NCBI GenBank assembly: GCA_964291295.2 | Contig: OZ219754.1 | Location: 1,824,001-1,888,000 of the forward strand | Origin: an uncultured Candidatus Binatia bacterium | GTDB taxonomy: Bacteria; Desulfobacterota; Binatia; UBA9968; JAJDTQ01 | Length of the DNA stretch: 64,000 nucleotides | Direction of reading: 5' to 3' | Part shown: positions 8,952 through 19,770 of the stretch, one piece after another | How the letters are laid out: every line of letters starts with the position of its first letter | Position numbering within the stretch: the stretch's first letter is position 1 | Position numbers and translations under genes: made by a program | Notes under the pieces: model-generated | What the model was told of the DNA's origin: nothing | The model's database searches: none | What the model saw: only the letters and a program-made list of their open reading frames with translations

Positions 8952-9570
8952 ATGGGTATTGAGCGAACCGGCGGCGATGGCAATGATGAACTGCGGGGCG
9001 GCGGCGCCGGCGACGACACCCTCAACGGCGGCGGTAATGGCGAGTCGTTTTTGGACGAAAGGCTCGTCGAATTCTACCGCGTGGTGTACCCGGACTACAC
9101 GCTGGATGAGATCAAATCCCTCGGCGTCTACAGCAGAAAAGACGGCGATTACCTCTACGGCGGGTACGGCGGGGGCGGCAGAAACGGGGAGGGCAGAGAC
9201 GACTACGGTAATCCCATCCCCGACGACAATGGCAGCAACATCCTCAACGGCGGTGCGGGCAACGACTACCTCTACGGCGGAGCTGGCAACGACACCCTGC
9301 AGGGCGGCAAGGGCAAGGACGATCTGTGGGGCGGCGGGGGCGCTGACCGGTTCGTTTTCGACAACGAGTCCGAAACCGACTACATCCGAGACTTCGAGGA
9401 CGGTCAGGACATCATCGTCATCAAGGGGGGGCCTGAAGTTCTCCGACCTCGACATCAAGCAAAGAGGCGACTCCGTCATGATCGGCGATCCCTCCAACAC
9501 CTTTTCGATCGTGGTCAAAGGTATCGAGGTGTCGCAGTTGACCGAGGCCGATTTCGACTTCCTGGGCTGA
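8952..9570 (+). pseudogene. RTX/hemolysin-type Ca2+-binding repeat protein, +1 frameshift in a G7 run
   Basis: GGxGxD nonapeptides and a strong RBS. Removing one G from 9425-9431 joins 'IIVIKGG' to 'LKFSDLDI...LTEADFDFLG*', a T1SS-like C-terminus (205 aa). Confidence 0.8.
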
Positions 9571-9934
9571 CGCCGCCCGCGAATGCCGCTCCTCGCGGGG
9601 TCCCAACAACGGCGCGGAGCGGTATTTCGGCATCGGCACATGCGCTTTCACGACACACGGCCGCGCGCCTCCACGCGGGTTCTGCCGGCATTGCGAAGGA
9701 GCGGACAAGGCTCGCGGTGCGGTGCTGGAAGAAGCACCACCACCTCGAAACTCACACGAAAACCCTCAACCCCTGCGCCATCTCCCTCTTCCCTGTTCCT
9801 GCCGCGACAAAGGGTCACCTCTGTATCCAGCCCGGATCATCTGGCAGACTTGAGGCATTGGAGCTTGAGTGGCCGGTCCTTGATCGGTACCGCCGGAGGT
9901 CACGGATCCACGCGAATCCACGGAGTCTAATCCC

Positions 9935-12037
9935 ATGAGCGACGCCAGTCTCGACGACCTGTGCATCAACACCATCCGCACCCTCTCCATTGATGGTGTC
10001 CAACAGGCCAACTCCGGGCACCCCGGCACACCCATGGCCATGGCCTCGGTGGCCTATTGCCTGTGGCAGCGGTTCCTGCGCTTCGATCCCGACGATCCCA
10101 TCTGGCCCAACCGGGACCGCTTCGTGCTTTCGGCGGGCCATGCGTCGATGCTGCTCTATTCGATGCTTCACCTCACGGCGGTGAAGGCGGTCAGCAAGGA
10201 CTACGAGACCTTGGGCTCGCTTTCCGTTCCGCTGGAGGCGCTGAAACGGTTTCGCCAGCTGGACAGCCGTTGTCCCGGCCATCCGGAGTACCGTTGGACC
10301 TCGGGGGTGGAGACCACCACCGGACCGCTGGGACAAGGGGTCGCCACCAGCGTGGGCATGGCCATCGCCGGCCGCTGGATGGCCAGCCGCTACAACCGCC
10401 CCGGCTTCGAGGATCTGATCGACTTCGACGTGTACGCACTGTGTGGAGACGGCTGCCTGATGGAGGGGGTGTGCAGCGAGGCGGCCTCGCTGGCCGGACA
10501 CCTGAAGCTGTCCAAGCTGTGCTGGATCTATGACAACAACCGCATCACCATCGAGGGGCACACCGCCTTGGCGTTTTCCGACGACGTGGCCACGCGTTTT
10601 CTGGGTCTTGGATGGAACGTGGTGCGGGTCGGCGACGCCAACGACCTGGAGATGCTGGAGCGGGCCTTTCGCACGTTCCGGGACACCGCGGACCGGCCGA
10701 CGCTGGTGATCGTGGACAGCCATATCGGCTACGGTTCGCCCAACAAGCAGGACACCAGCGGCGCCCACGGCGAGCCTCTCGGCGTGGAGGAAGTCAAGCT
10801 CACCAAGAGACGCTACGGCTGGCCGGAGGAGGCGCGGTTCCACGTCCCCGACGGCGTTCGGGAGCATTTCCGGGCGGGCATGGGAGAGCGCGGCAAGTCC
10901 CTGCGCGACGCCTGGTTCGACCGTCTGCGCGACTATCGGGACCGCTGGCCGGCGTTCGCCGACGAGCTCCGCCGGATGCAACACCGCCAGCTTCCGGAGG
11001 GTTGGGACCGGAACCTTCCGGAGTTCCCCGCCGACGCCAGGGGATTGTCGGGCCGGGACGCCTCGGGCCGGGTACTGAACGCGCTGGCGCAGAACATCCC
11101 GTGGCTCATGGGCGGGGCGGCCGATCTGGCGCCGTCCACCAAGACCCGGCTTGTGTTCGAAGGTGCCGGCGACTTCTCGGCCGAGTGCCCCTCTGGACGC
11201 AATCTGCACTTCGGTGTGCGGGAGCACGCCATGGCGTCCGTCATGAACGGCATGGCGCTGGTGAAGGTGCGCGCCTACGGCTCGGGCTTCCTGATCTTCA
11301 GCGACTACGCCCGAGGCGCCATCCGCCTGAGCGCGCTCATGGAGCTGCCGGTGATCCACGTCTTCACCCACGACTCCATCGGCGTGGGCGAGGACGGGCC
11401 GACGCACCAGCCGGTGGAGCACCTGGCCTCGCTCCGGGCGGTGCCGGGCCTGCTGGTCATGCGGCCGGCGGACGCCAACGAGGTCGCCGCCGCCTGGAAG
11501 GTGATCATGGAGCTGCATCACGAACCGGCGGTGCTGGTGGTGACGCGTCAGGCGCTGCCGACGCTGGACCGCACCCGGTACGCTTCCGCCGCGGGCGTCG
11601 CCCGGGGCGCCTACGTGCTGGCCGACGCTCCGGACGGAGCGCCTGACGTGCTGCTGCTGGCCACCGGCAGCGAGGTCTCGTTGTGCGTGGAGGCCCGCGA
11701 GGTGCTGGCCGCGGAGGGAGTCAAGGCCCGGGTCGTGAGCATGCCCTGTTGGGAGCTGTTCGACGATCAGGACGAAAGCTACCGGAACAGCGTGATCCCG
11801 CCCGAAGTGACCGCCCGGGTCTCGGTCGAGCAGGCATCGGTGTTCGGCTGGAGCAAGTATACCGGTGCCGGCGGACACCAGATCGGAATGCGCTCCTTCG
11901 GGGCATCGGCGCCCCTCAAGGATCTGCAGAAAAAGTTCGGCTTTACCGCGGACGACGTGGTCGCCGCGGCCCGGGAGCAGATGGCCCGGGTACGGGCGGG
12001 ACGGGGTTCGGTGCCCGCCCGCCGGGAGGCAACATGA
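9935..12037 (+). CDS. tkt: Transketolase
   Basis: SGHPG, NRDRFVLSAGH, TTGPLGQG, GDGCLMEG, FGVREH, GEDGPTHQPVE. Confidence 0.97.
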   Translation: MSDASLDDLCINTIRTLSIDGVQQANSGHPGTPMAMASVAYCLWQRFLRFDPDDPIWPNRDRFVLSAGHASMLLYSMLHLTAVKAVSKDYETLGSLSVPLEALKRFRQLDSRCPGHPEYRWTSGVETTTGPLGQGVATSVGMAIAGRWMASRYNRPGFEDLIDFDVYALCGDGCLMEGVCSEAASLAGHLKLSKLCWIYDNNRITIEGHTALAFSDDVATRFLGLGWNVVRVGDANDLEMLERAFRTFRDTADRPTLVIVDSHIGYGSPNKQDTSGAHGEPLGVEEVKLTKRRYGWPEEARFHVPDGVREHFRAGMGERGKSLRDAWFDRLRDYRDRWPAFADELRRMQHRQLPEGWDRNLPEFPADARGLSGRDASGRVLNALAQNIPWLMGGAADLAPSTKTRLVFEGAGDFSAECPSGRNLHFGVREHAMASVMNGMALVKVRAYGSGFLIFSDYARGAIRLSALMELPVIHVFTHDSIGVGEDGPTHQPVEHLASLRAVPGLLVMRPADANEVAAAWKVIMELHHEPAVLVVTRQALPTLDRTRYASAAGVARGAYVLADAPDGAPDVLLLATGSEVSLCVEAREVLAAEGVKARVVSMPCWELFDDQDESYRNSVIPPEVTARVSVEQASVFGWSKYTGAGGHQIGMRSFGASAPLKDLQKKFGFTADDVVAAAREQMARVRAGRGSVPARREAT

Positions 12038-13179
12038 ACCCGTTGAAGAGGTTGAACGAACAGGGCCAGTCCGTCTGGCTGGACTTCATACAGCGAAAGC
12101 TCCTTGCCGGCGGCGGGCTCAGGCGTCTGGTGGAGGAGGACGGCGTCAGCGGCGTCACCTCCAATCCGGCCATATTCGAGAAGGCCATCGCGGGCAGCGA
12201 CGACTATGACGACGTCATCGCGGGGATGGCGGGTGCCGGCTCGGCGGATCCCAGGGATGTCTACGAGGCCATCGCCACCCGTGACATCCAGGAGGCGGCG
12301 GACGTGCTGCGGCCGGTCTACGAGGGGACCGGGCGGCGCGACGGCTACGTCAGCCTGGAGGTGTCGCCCGGTCTGGCCCACGATACCGAGGGAACGGTGG
12401 CGGAGGCGCGGCGCCTCTGGAACACGGTGTCACGGGACAATCTGCTGATCAAGGTGCCCGGCACGCCCGAGGGGGTGCCCGCCATCGAGCGGTTGATCGG
12501 CGAGGGCATCAGCGTGAACGTGACACTGCTGTTCGCGCGGGAGGCCTACGAGCAGGTGGCCCAGGCCTACATCCGGGGCCTGGCCCGGGCGGCCGCCGAC
12601 GGTCTGGATGTGGGCCGCATTGCCAGCGTGGCGAGCTTTTTCATCTCCCGTATCGACACGCTCGTGGACGGCATCCTGGAGAAGAAGCTGGAGACTGCGG
12701 GCGAGTCGGACAGGGAGCGCCTCCGGGCGCTTCTGGGCAAGGTCGCCATCGCCAACGCCAAGCTCACCTACAGGCGCTACCGGGAGATCATCCAGGGCGA
12801 GGGCTGGCAGGCGTTGGCTGGCAAGGGGGCGCGGCCGCAGCGGCTTCTGTGGGCGAGCACCAGCACCAAGAACCCGGGTTACCGCGATGTTGTCTATGTC
12901 GAAGAGCTGGTGGGCGCGGACACGGTGAACACCATGCCACCGGCGACCCTGGATGCGTTCCGCGATCACGGGGACGTGCGGAAGCGCCTCCGAGAAGACG
13001 TCGAAGGGGCAGCCGAGACCATGGAGGCGTTGGAACGGGCGGGCGTGTCCATGAGGGAGGTGACGGACAAGTTGCTGGAGGACGGGGTCCGGCTCTTCTC
13101 CGAGGCCTTCGACATGCTGCTGGAAGCCGTTGAAAAGGAATGCGCGAAGGCGGCAGGGCATGGGCGGGAACGGTCCTGA
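12034..13179 (+). CDS. tal: Transaldolase
   Basis: [49 protein letters not shown] overlap with tkt, GGAGG RBS. Confidence 0.95.
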   Translation: MNPLKRLNEQGQSVWLDFIQRKLLAGGGLRRLVEEDGVSGVTSNPAIFEKAIAGSDDYDDVIAGMAGAGSADPRDVYEAIATRDIQEAADVLRPVYEGTGRRDGYVSLEVSPGLAHDTEGTVAEARRLWNTVSRDNLLIKVPGTPEGVPAIERLIGEGISVNVTLLFAREAYEQVAQAYIRGLARAAADGLDVGRIASVASFFISRIDTLVDGILEKKLETAGESDRERLRALLGKVAIANAKLTYRRYREIIQGEGWQALAGKGARPQRLLWASTSTKNPGYRDVVYVEELVGADTVNTMPPATLDAFRDHGDVRKRLREDVEGAAETMEALERAGVSMREVTDKLLEDGVRLFSEAFDMLLEAVEKECAKAAGHGRERS

Positions 13180-13252
13180 TCCCCGCACGGACGCGCCCAT
13201 GAGTGCGGCGGACGGCGGGAAAAGGGACCATGCGGAGGGCGGGGCGACACGG

Positions 13253-13930
13253 GTGAGCGCCGGTCGGGTCGGGATCCTTCCGTCCATTCTTTCCGCGGAC
13301 TTCCGCGTTCTGGGACAACAGATCGCCGAGGTGGAGGATGCCGGCGCCGACGCCATCCATGTGGACGTGATGGACGGCCGCTTTGTGCCCAACATCACCA
13401 TTGGCCCGCTGCTGGTGGATGCGGCGCGGCGGAGCACGTGGCTGCCGCTGGACGTGCACCTGATGATCGTGGAGCCGGAGCGTTACCTGGAGGATTTCGT
13501 CAAGGCGGGCGCCGACACGCTTCTCGTCCATCAGGAAGCCTGCCCGCATCTTCATCGCACCGTGCAGCAGATCAGGTCGCTGGGCAGCAAGGCCGGGGTG
13601 GTGCTCAATCCCGCCACTCCGCTGGAGACGCTGGAGGAGATCCTGCCGGAACTCGATCAGATTCTCATCATGAGCGTGAACCCGGGATTCGGCGGCCAGA
13701 GCTTCATCGAAAGCAGCGTGGACAAGGTGAGCCGTCTCAGGCGCCGTCTCGACGAGCGCGGTCTCCGGGCGGCTATCGAGATCGACGGCGGCATCGGCCC
13801 GGACAATGCCGCCCGGGTGGTGGCGGCGGGCGCCACCTTGCTGGTGGCCGGCTCCTCGGTCTACCGTGCGCCGGGCGGCGCCGCCGAAGGCGTGCGCCGG
13901 CTGCGGGCCAGTATCCCTTCCGGTCCGTAG
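13253..13930 (+). CDS. rpe: Ribulose-phosphate 3-epimerase
   Basis: [40 protein letters not shown]. Start uncertain (GTG 13253 or ATG 13199). Confidence 0.93.
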   Translation: MSAGRVGILPSILSADFRVLGQQIAEVEDAGADAIHVDVMDGRFVPNITIGPLLVDAARRSTWLPLDVHLMIVEPERYLEDFVKAGADTLLVHQEACPHLHRTVQQIRSLGSKAGVVLNPATPLETLEEILPELDQILIMSVNPGFGGQSFIESSVDKVSRLRRRLDERGLRAAIEIDGGIGPDNAARVVAAGATLLVAGSSVYRAPGGAAEGVRRLRASIPSGP

Positions 13931-13957
13931 GGGTCTTTTTCGGAAGCCTCCCGGGGT

Positions 13958-14698
13958 TCAGCGCCGGGGCAGCCATACGTCCACCCGTCGCATCGTTCCC
14001 GGGCCCACCATCACCCGCCGCGACACGCCAGCCAGTCTCTCATGCCAGAAACGCACGTCGTAGGTTCCCGGCGGGATGCCGGCGATGGCGTAGCGGCCAC
14101 GGAGGCCGGTCACCGCGAAGAACCGGTTCGGCGTCACCACGATGTAGGCACGCATCCAGGCGCGGTGCAGTTCGCAGATGACTTTCACCACGCCCGCTGT
14201 CCGGAGGGTTCGGGTCACCTGCCGCCACCGGGGAATTCCGTCGTTGAACAGCGTCCGGGAGCCCATGCGTGCGTGGGCGTCGTGGAGTATGGCGTCGCTG
14301 TTCAGGAGCCGCAGCCGGCTACCGACGGGCGCGGCCTGGACGTGAGGCTCGAACCGGCAGCCGATGTTGTCGAGGTGGATAGTCCGAGGCGCCCCCTTCT
14401 CCGCTTCGCCGCCTTTGCCCCGCAGGGTCACGACCGCGTTTCGCAGGCCGCCGTCCGCCGCCGCCACAAGGCTTCGATCAGGCACCAGGGAGCCGCAGAA
14501 GGCCTGTTCCCTGTTGACACGCAAGAGTGCGGGTGGCGGCGGGGGGCCGGGAAATCGTACGGTGCCGGCGATGGTTCCGGTCTTGCTGTTACCGGCGGGC
14601 GGGGCGGTGCCGCGGGCCGCTTGTTCGGCCGTGGCGGCTGTGATGGAGCAGAAGACGGCCGCCATCACTACCGCGGCGATCACGGACCAGGGATTCAA
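13958..14698 (-). CDS. Exported carboxypeptidase-regulatory-like/cupredoxin-fold protein
   Basis: Signal peptide; 'GTIAGTV', 'LDNIGCRFEPHV', 'NSDAILH', 'CELHRAWM', 'IPPGTYDVRFWHE'. TTG start with GGGAG upstream. Confidence 0.75.
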   Translation of the reverse strand: MNPWSVIAAVVMAAVFCSITAATAEQAARGTAPPAGNSKTGTIAGTVRFPGPPPPPALLRVNREQAFCGSLVPDRSLVAAADGGLRNAVVTLRGKGGEAEKGAPRTIHLDNIGCRFEPHVQAAPVGSRLRLLNSDAILHDAHARMGSRTLFNDGIPRWRQVTRTLRTAGVVKVICELHRAWMRAYIVVTPNRFFAVTGLRGRYAIAGIPPGTYDVRFWHERLAGVSRRVMVGPGTMRRVDVWLPRR

Positions 14699-14924
14699 AC
14701 GACTCCCGCGCCGGTGAGACGGACCATTGAAAAAGACAGGGAAGGCAGGATCGGGTAGGGACGGCAGGGGGGACAAGGCAGAAAGGCACGACCGGCAATG
14801 CAAGGCAGGCAATGCAAGGCAGGGAAGACCGCGCATGGGCCTTCCCTGTCCTGCCTTGAATCCGATGCCGTTGCCCGCCTTCCCGGGGCCAGGCTCCAGG
14901 ATGCCTTTCCGCGCCGGCGCCTCT

Positions 14925-15842
14925 CTAGTGAGCCGATTGCTGCACGTCGAGGTTCACGAGTTCGGCAGCCGCCTCGTTCTCGGCGAGCATGCCCCAGCTC
15001 TTGATCCAGGCGGCGGTGCGTTCAAGCTCGTCGGCAGGGATCGGTGCGGGGTTCACCACCACGATGCGGCTCTCGCGGAGTTCGTCCGCGCGCAGGGCCG
15101 CGATCTCCGGATCGTCGCTGTGGTAGTCGATGAAGTACTGCATGTACTTCTTCTTGTCGGCGTTGACCCGGCGTACGGCCTCGCACACGGCGCGGTTGAA
15201 CATGGCGTAGGTCTCGGCGTCCACGTTCTCGGACGCCACCTCGGTGCCGTGAAGGGACGCGGAGACGACGATGCGGCAGCCCTTTTTTTCCGCCAGCGTG
15301 AGGTAGGGTTCCGTCAGCGGCGTGGACTCGATCTCGCCCTTCATCACGGATTCCAGGCGATACCGGGAACCGCGCGGGGCTTGGCAGAGGTTCATCTCGT
15401 CACGGGTGAGGAAACCTTCGAGCATGTGAAGGGTCAGATAGTGGGTACCGAAGAAGAACGGGACGCCCACCAGCCGGTTGGCGAGTTGCTGGGCCGTGTA
15501 GACCGGCGAATCGGGCCGCACCACGAGTCCGGCGTAGGCGATGATGGAGCGCCGGCCGATCTGTCGTCCGGTGTCGACCGCGGAGTCCTGCACGCGACAG
15601 TAGTTGCCCCACTCGCACGCATTGTACATGTCGGCCTTGCCCTGCTCGAAGAGCATGCCATGGCTGGCGTGCGGGTTCGCGTCCTTGGGATCCTTGACGT
15701 CTGTGTGGGTGCTCTTGTCGCCCGGACCGCGATCAGCGAACTCGATCTCCAGTCCCTCCTTCTCGAACAGGCCTTCGTTGTATGCGACCAACTCGCACAA
15801 TCCCTGAAACGGCGCGGTGCTTTCGAGAACCAGCTTCTTCAT
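14925..15842 (-). CDS. ABC-type substrate-binding-fold protein (NMT1/SsuA-like), standalone
   Basis: 'VAYNEGLFEKEGLEIEF', 'VRPDSPV...QLANRLVGV'. GGAG RBS. No obvious signal peptide. Confidence 0.75.
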   Translation of the reverse strand: MKKLVLESTAPFQGLCELVAYNEGLFEKEGLEIEFADRGPGDKSTHTDVKDPKDANPHASHGMLFEQGKADMYNACEWGNYCRVQDSAVDTGRQIGRRSIIAYAGLVVRPDSPVYTAQQLANRLVGVPFFFGTHYLTLHMLEGFLTRDEMNLCQAPRGSRYRLESVMKGEIESTPLTEPYLTLAEKKGCRIVVSASLHGTEVASENVDAETYAMFNRAVCEAVRRVNADKKKYMQYFIDYHSDDPEIAALRADELRESRIVVVNPAPIPADELERTAAWIKSWGMLAENEAAAELVNLDVQQSAH

Positions 15843-16110
15843 GGTCGTCTCCTTGTGTCAGGCTGGGGTATCGGATGTCTTGCGACGGGAAGGCGCCACG
15901 ACGGATCGGACTCGGACCATTCCCTCGCACGATCCTCTCCCTAGCACAATGTTCCGCCGGATGGCAACAGTGTGGACGCCCCGCGGACAGCCTCCCGCGA
16001 CAACCCGGATATTGTTCCCGCCCCCGGCTTCGTGCCAGACTGCCACGGTGCCCCGAAGTTCGTCAACACGGCCGGCCGACGCCCGGGAGGGAAGGTCTCT
16101 CAAGGACGTG

Positions 16111-17340
16111 ATGCAGTCCAGGGTGTCCTTCGGCGCCCTCCGGCAAGGCCACTTCCGCGCCTATTTCTCCTTCACCATGCTGGCCATGATGGCCGACAAC
16201 ATCGAGCACGTGATCAGCTACTGGGTTCTCTACGATCTGTTCAAGTGGCCGGAGCTGCAGGGGTTCGCGGTCATCAGCCACTGGTCGCCCTTCCTTCTCC
16301 TGTCCTGGTACGTGGGTTTGCTCTCGGACCGTTTCGATTGCCGGCGGGTTATCCAGTGGGCGATGATCCTGTACATCGTCCTCACCATTGCCTGGGCCTG
16401 GTACATCATCACCGGGACGCTCCGGGTCTGGCATGCGTGCGCCCTGCTGGTGGTGCACGGCGTCGCGGGAGTGTTGTGGAGCCCCGGGAGTCAGCTCATC
16501 CTGCATGACATGGTGGGTCCGGAACACCTGCAGAGCGCCGTCCGTCTCAGCGCCACCAGCCGGCAGTTGGGAATCCTCGCGGGGCCGGCGGTGGGCGGCT
16601 GCATGATGCTCCGGCTGGGGGCCGCGTGGGGCCTCGTGGCCAACTCCCTGTTCTACGTTCCCCTGACCCTGTGGCTGTCGCGAGTCCCCTATACCGGGCA
16701 CGGCACCAGGCAGGTGCAGGCGCGCCGGGTCACTTGGGCGCGTGCGCTGGAAGCGCTCCGGGAGGTCCGCAACAACCGCGTCATCGTCTCGATGATCTGC
16801 CTGGTGGGGCTGTCCTCGCTCCTGGTGGGGAATGCCTTTCAGTCGCAGATGCCCGGGTTCGCCGAGCGCCTCGGCCGGGGCGAGCTGGGTTACAGCGTTC
16901 TGCTGGCCGCCAACGGGGCGGGCGCTTTCCTGAGCGGCGTGCTGCTGGAGAGCCGGGGATTCCTCCAGGCCCGCGCGCGCACCGCCATCGTGCTGGCGCT
17001 TCTCTGGTGCGCCGCCCTGGGCATGTTCGCGTTCACGCCGTACTTCCATCTCGCGGTGGGGCTCCTGTTCGCCGCCGGGTTCCTCAATCTGGCCTTCCTG
17101 ACCATGTCGCAGACCCTGGTGCAACTTGTGTCGCCGCCGCACCTCCGGGGCCAGTTGATCGGCCTCTTCATCATGTCGGGCCTGGGGCTCCGCACCTTCA
17201 GCGGCGTCACCGTGGGGATCATGGGCGGCCTGATCGGCATCCAGTGGTCCCTGGGTCTGAGTTGCGGTCTGCTGCTGGCGATGATGCTGGTGCTGCTGGC
17301 GGGCACGACCCGGGTCGGCGGCGGCGCGGCGGAGGCCTGA
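16111..17340 (+). CDS. MFS transporter
   Basis: About 12 hydrophobic segments, 'GLLSDRFDCRR' motif A, 'GPAVGG', 'PPHLRGQ'. Confidence 0.9.
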   Translation: MQSRVSFGALRQGHFRAYFSFTMLAMMADNIEHVISYWVLYDLFKWPELQGFAVISHWSPFLLLSWYVGLLSDRFDCRRVIQWAMILYIVLTIAWAWYIITGTLRVWHACALLVVHGVAGVLWSPGSQLILHDMVGPEHLQSAVRLSATSRQLGILAGPAVGGCMMLRLGAAWGLVANSLFYVPLTLWLSRVPYTGHGTRQVQARRVTWARALEALREVRNNRVIVSMICLVGLSSLLVGNAFQSQMPGFAERLGRGELGYSVLLAANGAGAFLSGVLLESRGFLQARARTAIVLALLWCAALGMFAFTPYFHLAVGLLFAAGFLNLAFLTMSQTLVQLVSPPHLRGQLIGLFIMSGLGLRTFSGVTVGIMGGLIGIQWSLGLSCGLLLAMMLVLLAGTTRVGGGAAEA

Positions 17341-17495
17341 GCCGGGTCGGCGGCGCCGTCTGTCACGGTGCTCCGTCGAACGCTTCGGTTCCATGGACCG
17401 TCCGGTGCCGCCGGCCTTCATGTCCCGGTGACGTGTGATCTTCGACGCGTGGTCTTTCATGGCGGCGTCATCAGGGTGCCGACTACGGATGACTG

Positions 17496-18026
17496 ATGAA
17501 TGACCGGGAGGGAAGGTTGATGGAAGGGGCTTCCAGAAAGACGTTGTATCTGGCGAATCCTTACGGCTTCTCGGCCCAGCAGCGGGAGGGGCCGCTGGCG
17601 GCGCTGACCGCGGCGCTGGATGCCGTGGGGGTGGATGTGTGGGAGCCGTTCGCCCGCAACAACCAGGTGGACAAGGCCGAGGCCGGGTGGGCCTACCGCA
17701 TCGGACAGGCCGACCTCCGCGACGTGCGCGAGGCGGACGGACTGTTCGCGGTGGTCAACGGCTGTCCTCCGGACGAAGGTGTCATGGTCGAGTTGGGCTT
17801 GGCCATCGCTTGGGAGAAGCCGGTTTTCCTGTTCCGGGACGACTTTCGCCGTTGCACCGACAGCGAAGCCTATCCCCTCAATCTGATGGTATTCAGCGGT
17901 CTTCCGGAGTCGGGCTGGCAGGCATTCTGGTACGCCGCGGTGGAAGAGATCGGCGACCCGGACAAGGCCCTGGCGCGATGGGTGAGGGAGGGGCCGCGGC
18001 GCCGGGCAGTGCGATTGCGGGCATGA
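17496..18026 (+). CDS. Nucleoside 2-deoxyribosyltransferase family protein
   Basis: 'LYLANPYGFS', 'D..DVREADG', 'DEGVMVELGLAIAWEKPV', 'NLM'. The start may be 17520. Confidence 0.88.
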   Translation: MNDREGRLMEGASRKTLYLANPYGFSAQQREGPLAALTAALDAVGVDVWEPFARNNQVDKAEAGWAYRIGQADLRDVREADGLFAVVNGCPPDEGVMVELGLAIAWEKPVFLFRDDFRRCTDSEAYPLNLMVFSGLPESGWQAFWYAAVEEIGDPDKALARWVREGPRRRAVRLRA

Positions 18027-18595
18027 AGCCGAAAATCTCGACATTCCGGTTGGACAGCGTGCTGTGCAGGGCGAGCGTCCGTTCCCGCCGCGCCTCCGGG
18101 CCGTACAAGAGGTGAGCCGCGCCGTATCGGCGCCAGCGCCAAGTGGTCCCCCCGCTGGCCACGAAGCCCGGGGGCAGCTCGCGCGAAACCGTCAATCCGA
18201 CGAGGAACTCGCGCCAGGAATGGGTGTCCAGGTCCAGCGTCTCACTGCTCCATGCGGTGTCGGCCCGCAACAGCGTCGCCTTGTCCAGCGCATGGGTGAG
18301 GTTGAGCCCGACGGAATCGAGGTTGCCCTCGCCGAGATTGCCCTCCTCGTAGTCGATCCGCTCGCGACTGAGCGACGCGCCCAGCTGCCATGTCTGCCCC
18401 GCCCGAAAGCCCGATACCCAGCGCCAGGCTGTAGGCGGTGCCGCCGAGCCATCGCTGCCGCGCGGTCACGGCGGGACGCAGGTCGAACCGGTCGAACAGG
18501 AAGTGCGGCCCGGCGTACAGGTTGACGATCTGTTCGTTGAAATCGCTCTCCCGGCAGGTTCGGGTCTGGAGCCCGCCGCCGACCCGGAACCGCCG
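18012..18595 (-). pseudogene. Surface lipoprotein assembly modifier (Slam/DUF560) beta-barrel fragment
   Basis: 'YAGPHFLF..FDLRP...RQRWLGG', 'WREFLVGLTVSRELP.GF', 'LSNRNVEIFGFMP'. Frameshifted; the first ~190 bp is near-identical to 26488-26690. Confidence 0.7.
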
Positions 18596-19389
18596 CCTTG
18601 GTGTTGCTGACATGTTTGTCGATCAGCGAGAAACGGGACTGTTCCGAGTCGGTGCAGGAAGCGACCGGGATGGTCCGTGCATGGATTCCTGTCCGGGAAA
18701 CCACCTCCGGCGTGCTTTCGGTTGCCTCCACGTATCGGACCGGTTCCTTTCGGAAATTCCGTGAGTTCTCGTTGAAGTCGCCGCGCTTGCCGGTCTCGAC
18801 GGTCTCGCCCCCGGTCGTGAGCTTGGCATAGGGGGCATCCGCCGTGATGGTCGTGTCACCGTACCTTGTAGGTCGTCCCTTCGACATGCCGGACCTCCAT
18901 GGCCGCGGCCTCCTTCGCCATGTTCGCCTTTTCCGCGGCCATCGCCGCCTGAGCCTCGGCCTACGCCTGCGCCGCCTCGGCATCGACTTCGGCTTGCGCC
19001 GCTACACGCAAGTCGCTCGTGGCCGCAGCCTTGTCCGACTCATCCTTGGCCTTGTCGTACTCCGCCTTCGCCATGTTGGCCGCGGTCCGGGCCGCATCCG
19101 CGTAGCTCTTCGCCGTCATCTTCCCCTTGGGAACATGGATGGACGCGAGCCTCATGATCGCCGTTTCCGCCTCATCGGCCGCCTCCCCGGCGTTATCTGA
19201 CGCCGTCCGGACCTCCTTTATGGCCGTCTCGACTGCCGTAGGCTCCGGCGGATCGGGGGTGGTCGGCGGGGTCCGGTTGTTGTTGCTGCCGCCGCATGCC
19301 GCAAGCCCGACGGCCAGCACCACCGCGCAGAAGACCGCCGCCAGATTCCTGTGCATCATCCTGTACATCCGTACCTTCGTCCTTTTCAT
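18596..19389 (-). pseudogene. Truncated third copy of the TbpB-like surface lipoprotein
   Basis: Same signal and lipobox (LAACGGS). AAG>TAG stop at 18961, a frameshift near 18875, an internal deletion, and fusion to the slam fragment at ~18595. Confidence 0.9.
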
Positions 19390-19698
19390 CCTCGAATTAC
19401 CCTCCCGCCTTCAGAAGCGGTCTTGGTACGATGGGCCTTGGCACGATGCACGGAACTTCCTTCCGGCAACATCAGCAGGCATACGCAAGCATCAAGGAAG
19501 GGAGCATCAAGGACTTCGCCGCATTTCATCTTCAGGCAACCATGCACCACGGAGAGGCGGCCTGTGCAAGAATTCCAGAATTATCCACCCGGCGATTCAA
19601 ACCGGTGGACTGGCAGGCCCGTGCGTTCCAGCCGGCACCCGCGACCGCGCCCCTGCCGGTCACCCCGGCCCGCATCGCAGCCCCCGTCAGCGTTCGAG

Positions 19699-19737
19699 AA
19701 AAAAGGGCGCCCGATCCGTAGATGGATCGGGCGCCCT
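19699..19737 (-). terminator. Rho-independent terminator of lipoprotein A
   Basis: agggcgcccgatcc-gtagat-ggatcgggcgccct stem followed by U6 on the minus strand. Confidence 0.85.
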
Positions 19738-19770
19738 GCTGCGTGAATCACCGCCGGTGACGGCGGCCCG

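Noticed and set aside
6723-9641. 972-aa ORF as a giant ThyX fusion
   Set aside because: The N-terminal ~420 aa is antisense to the RTX gene and runs through IS debris; the real start is 8369.
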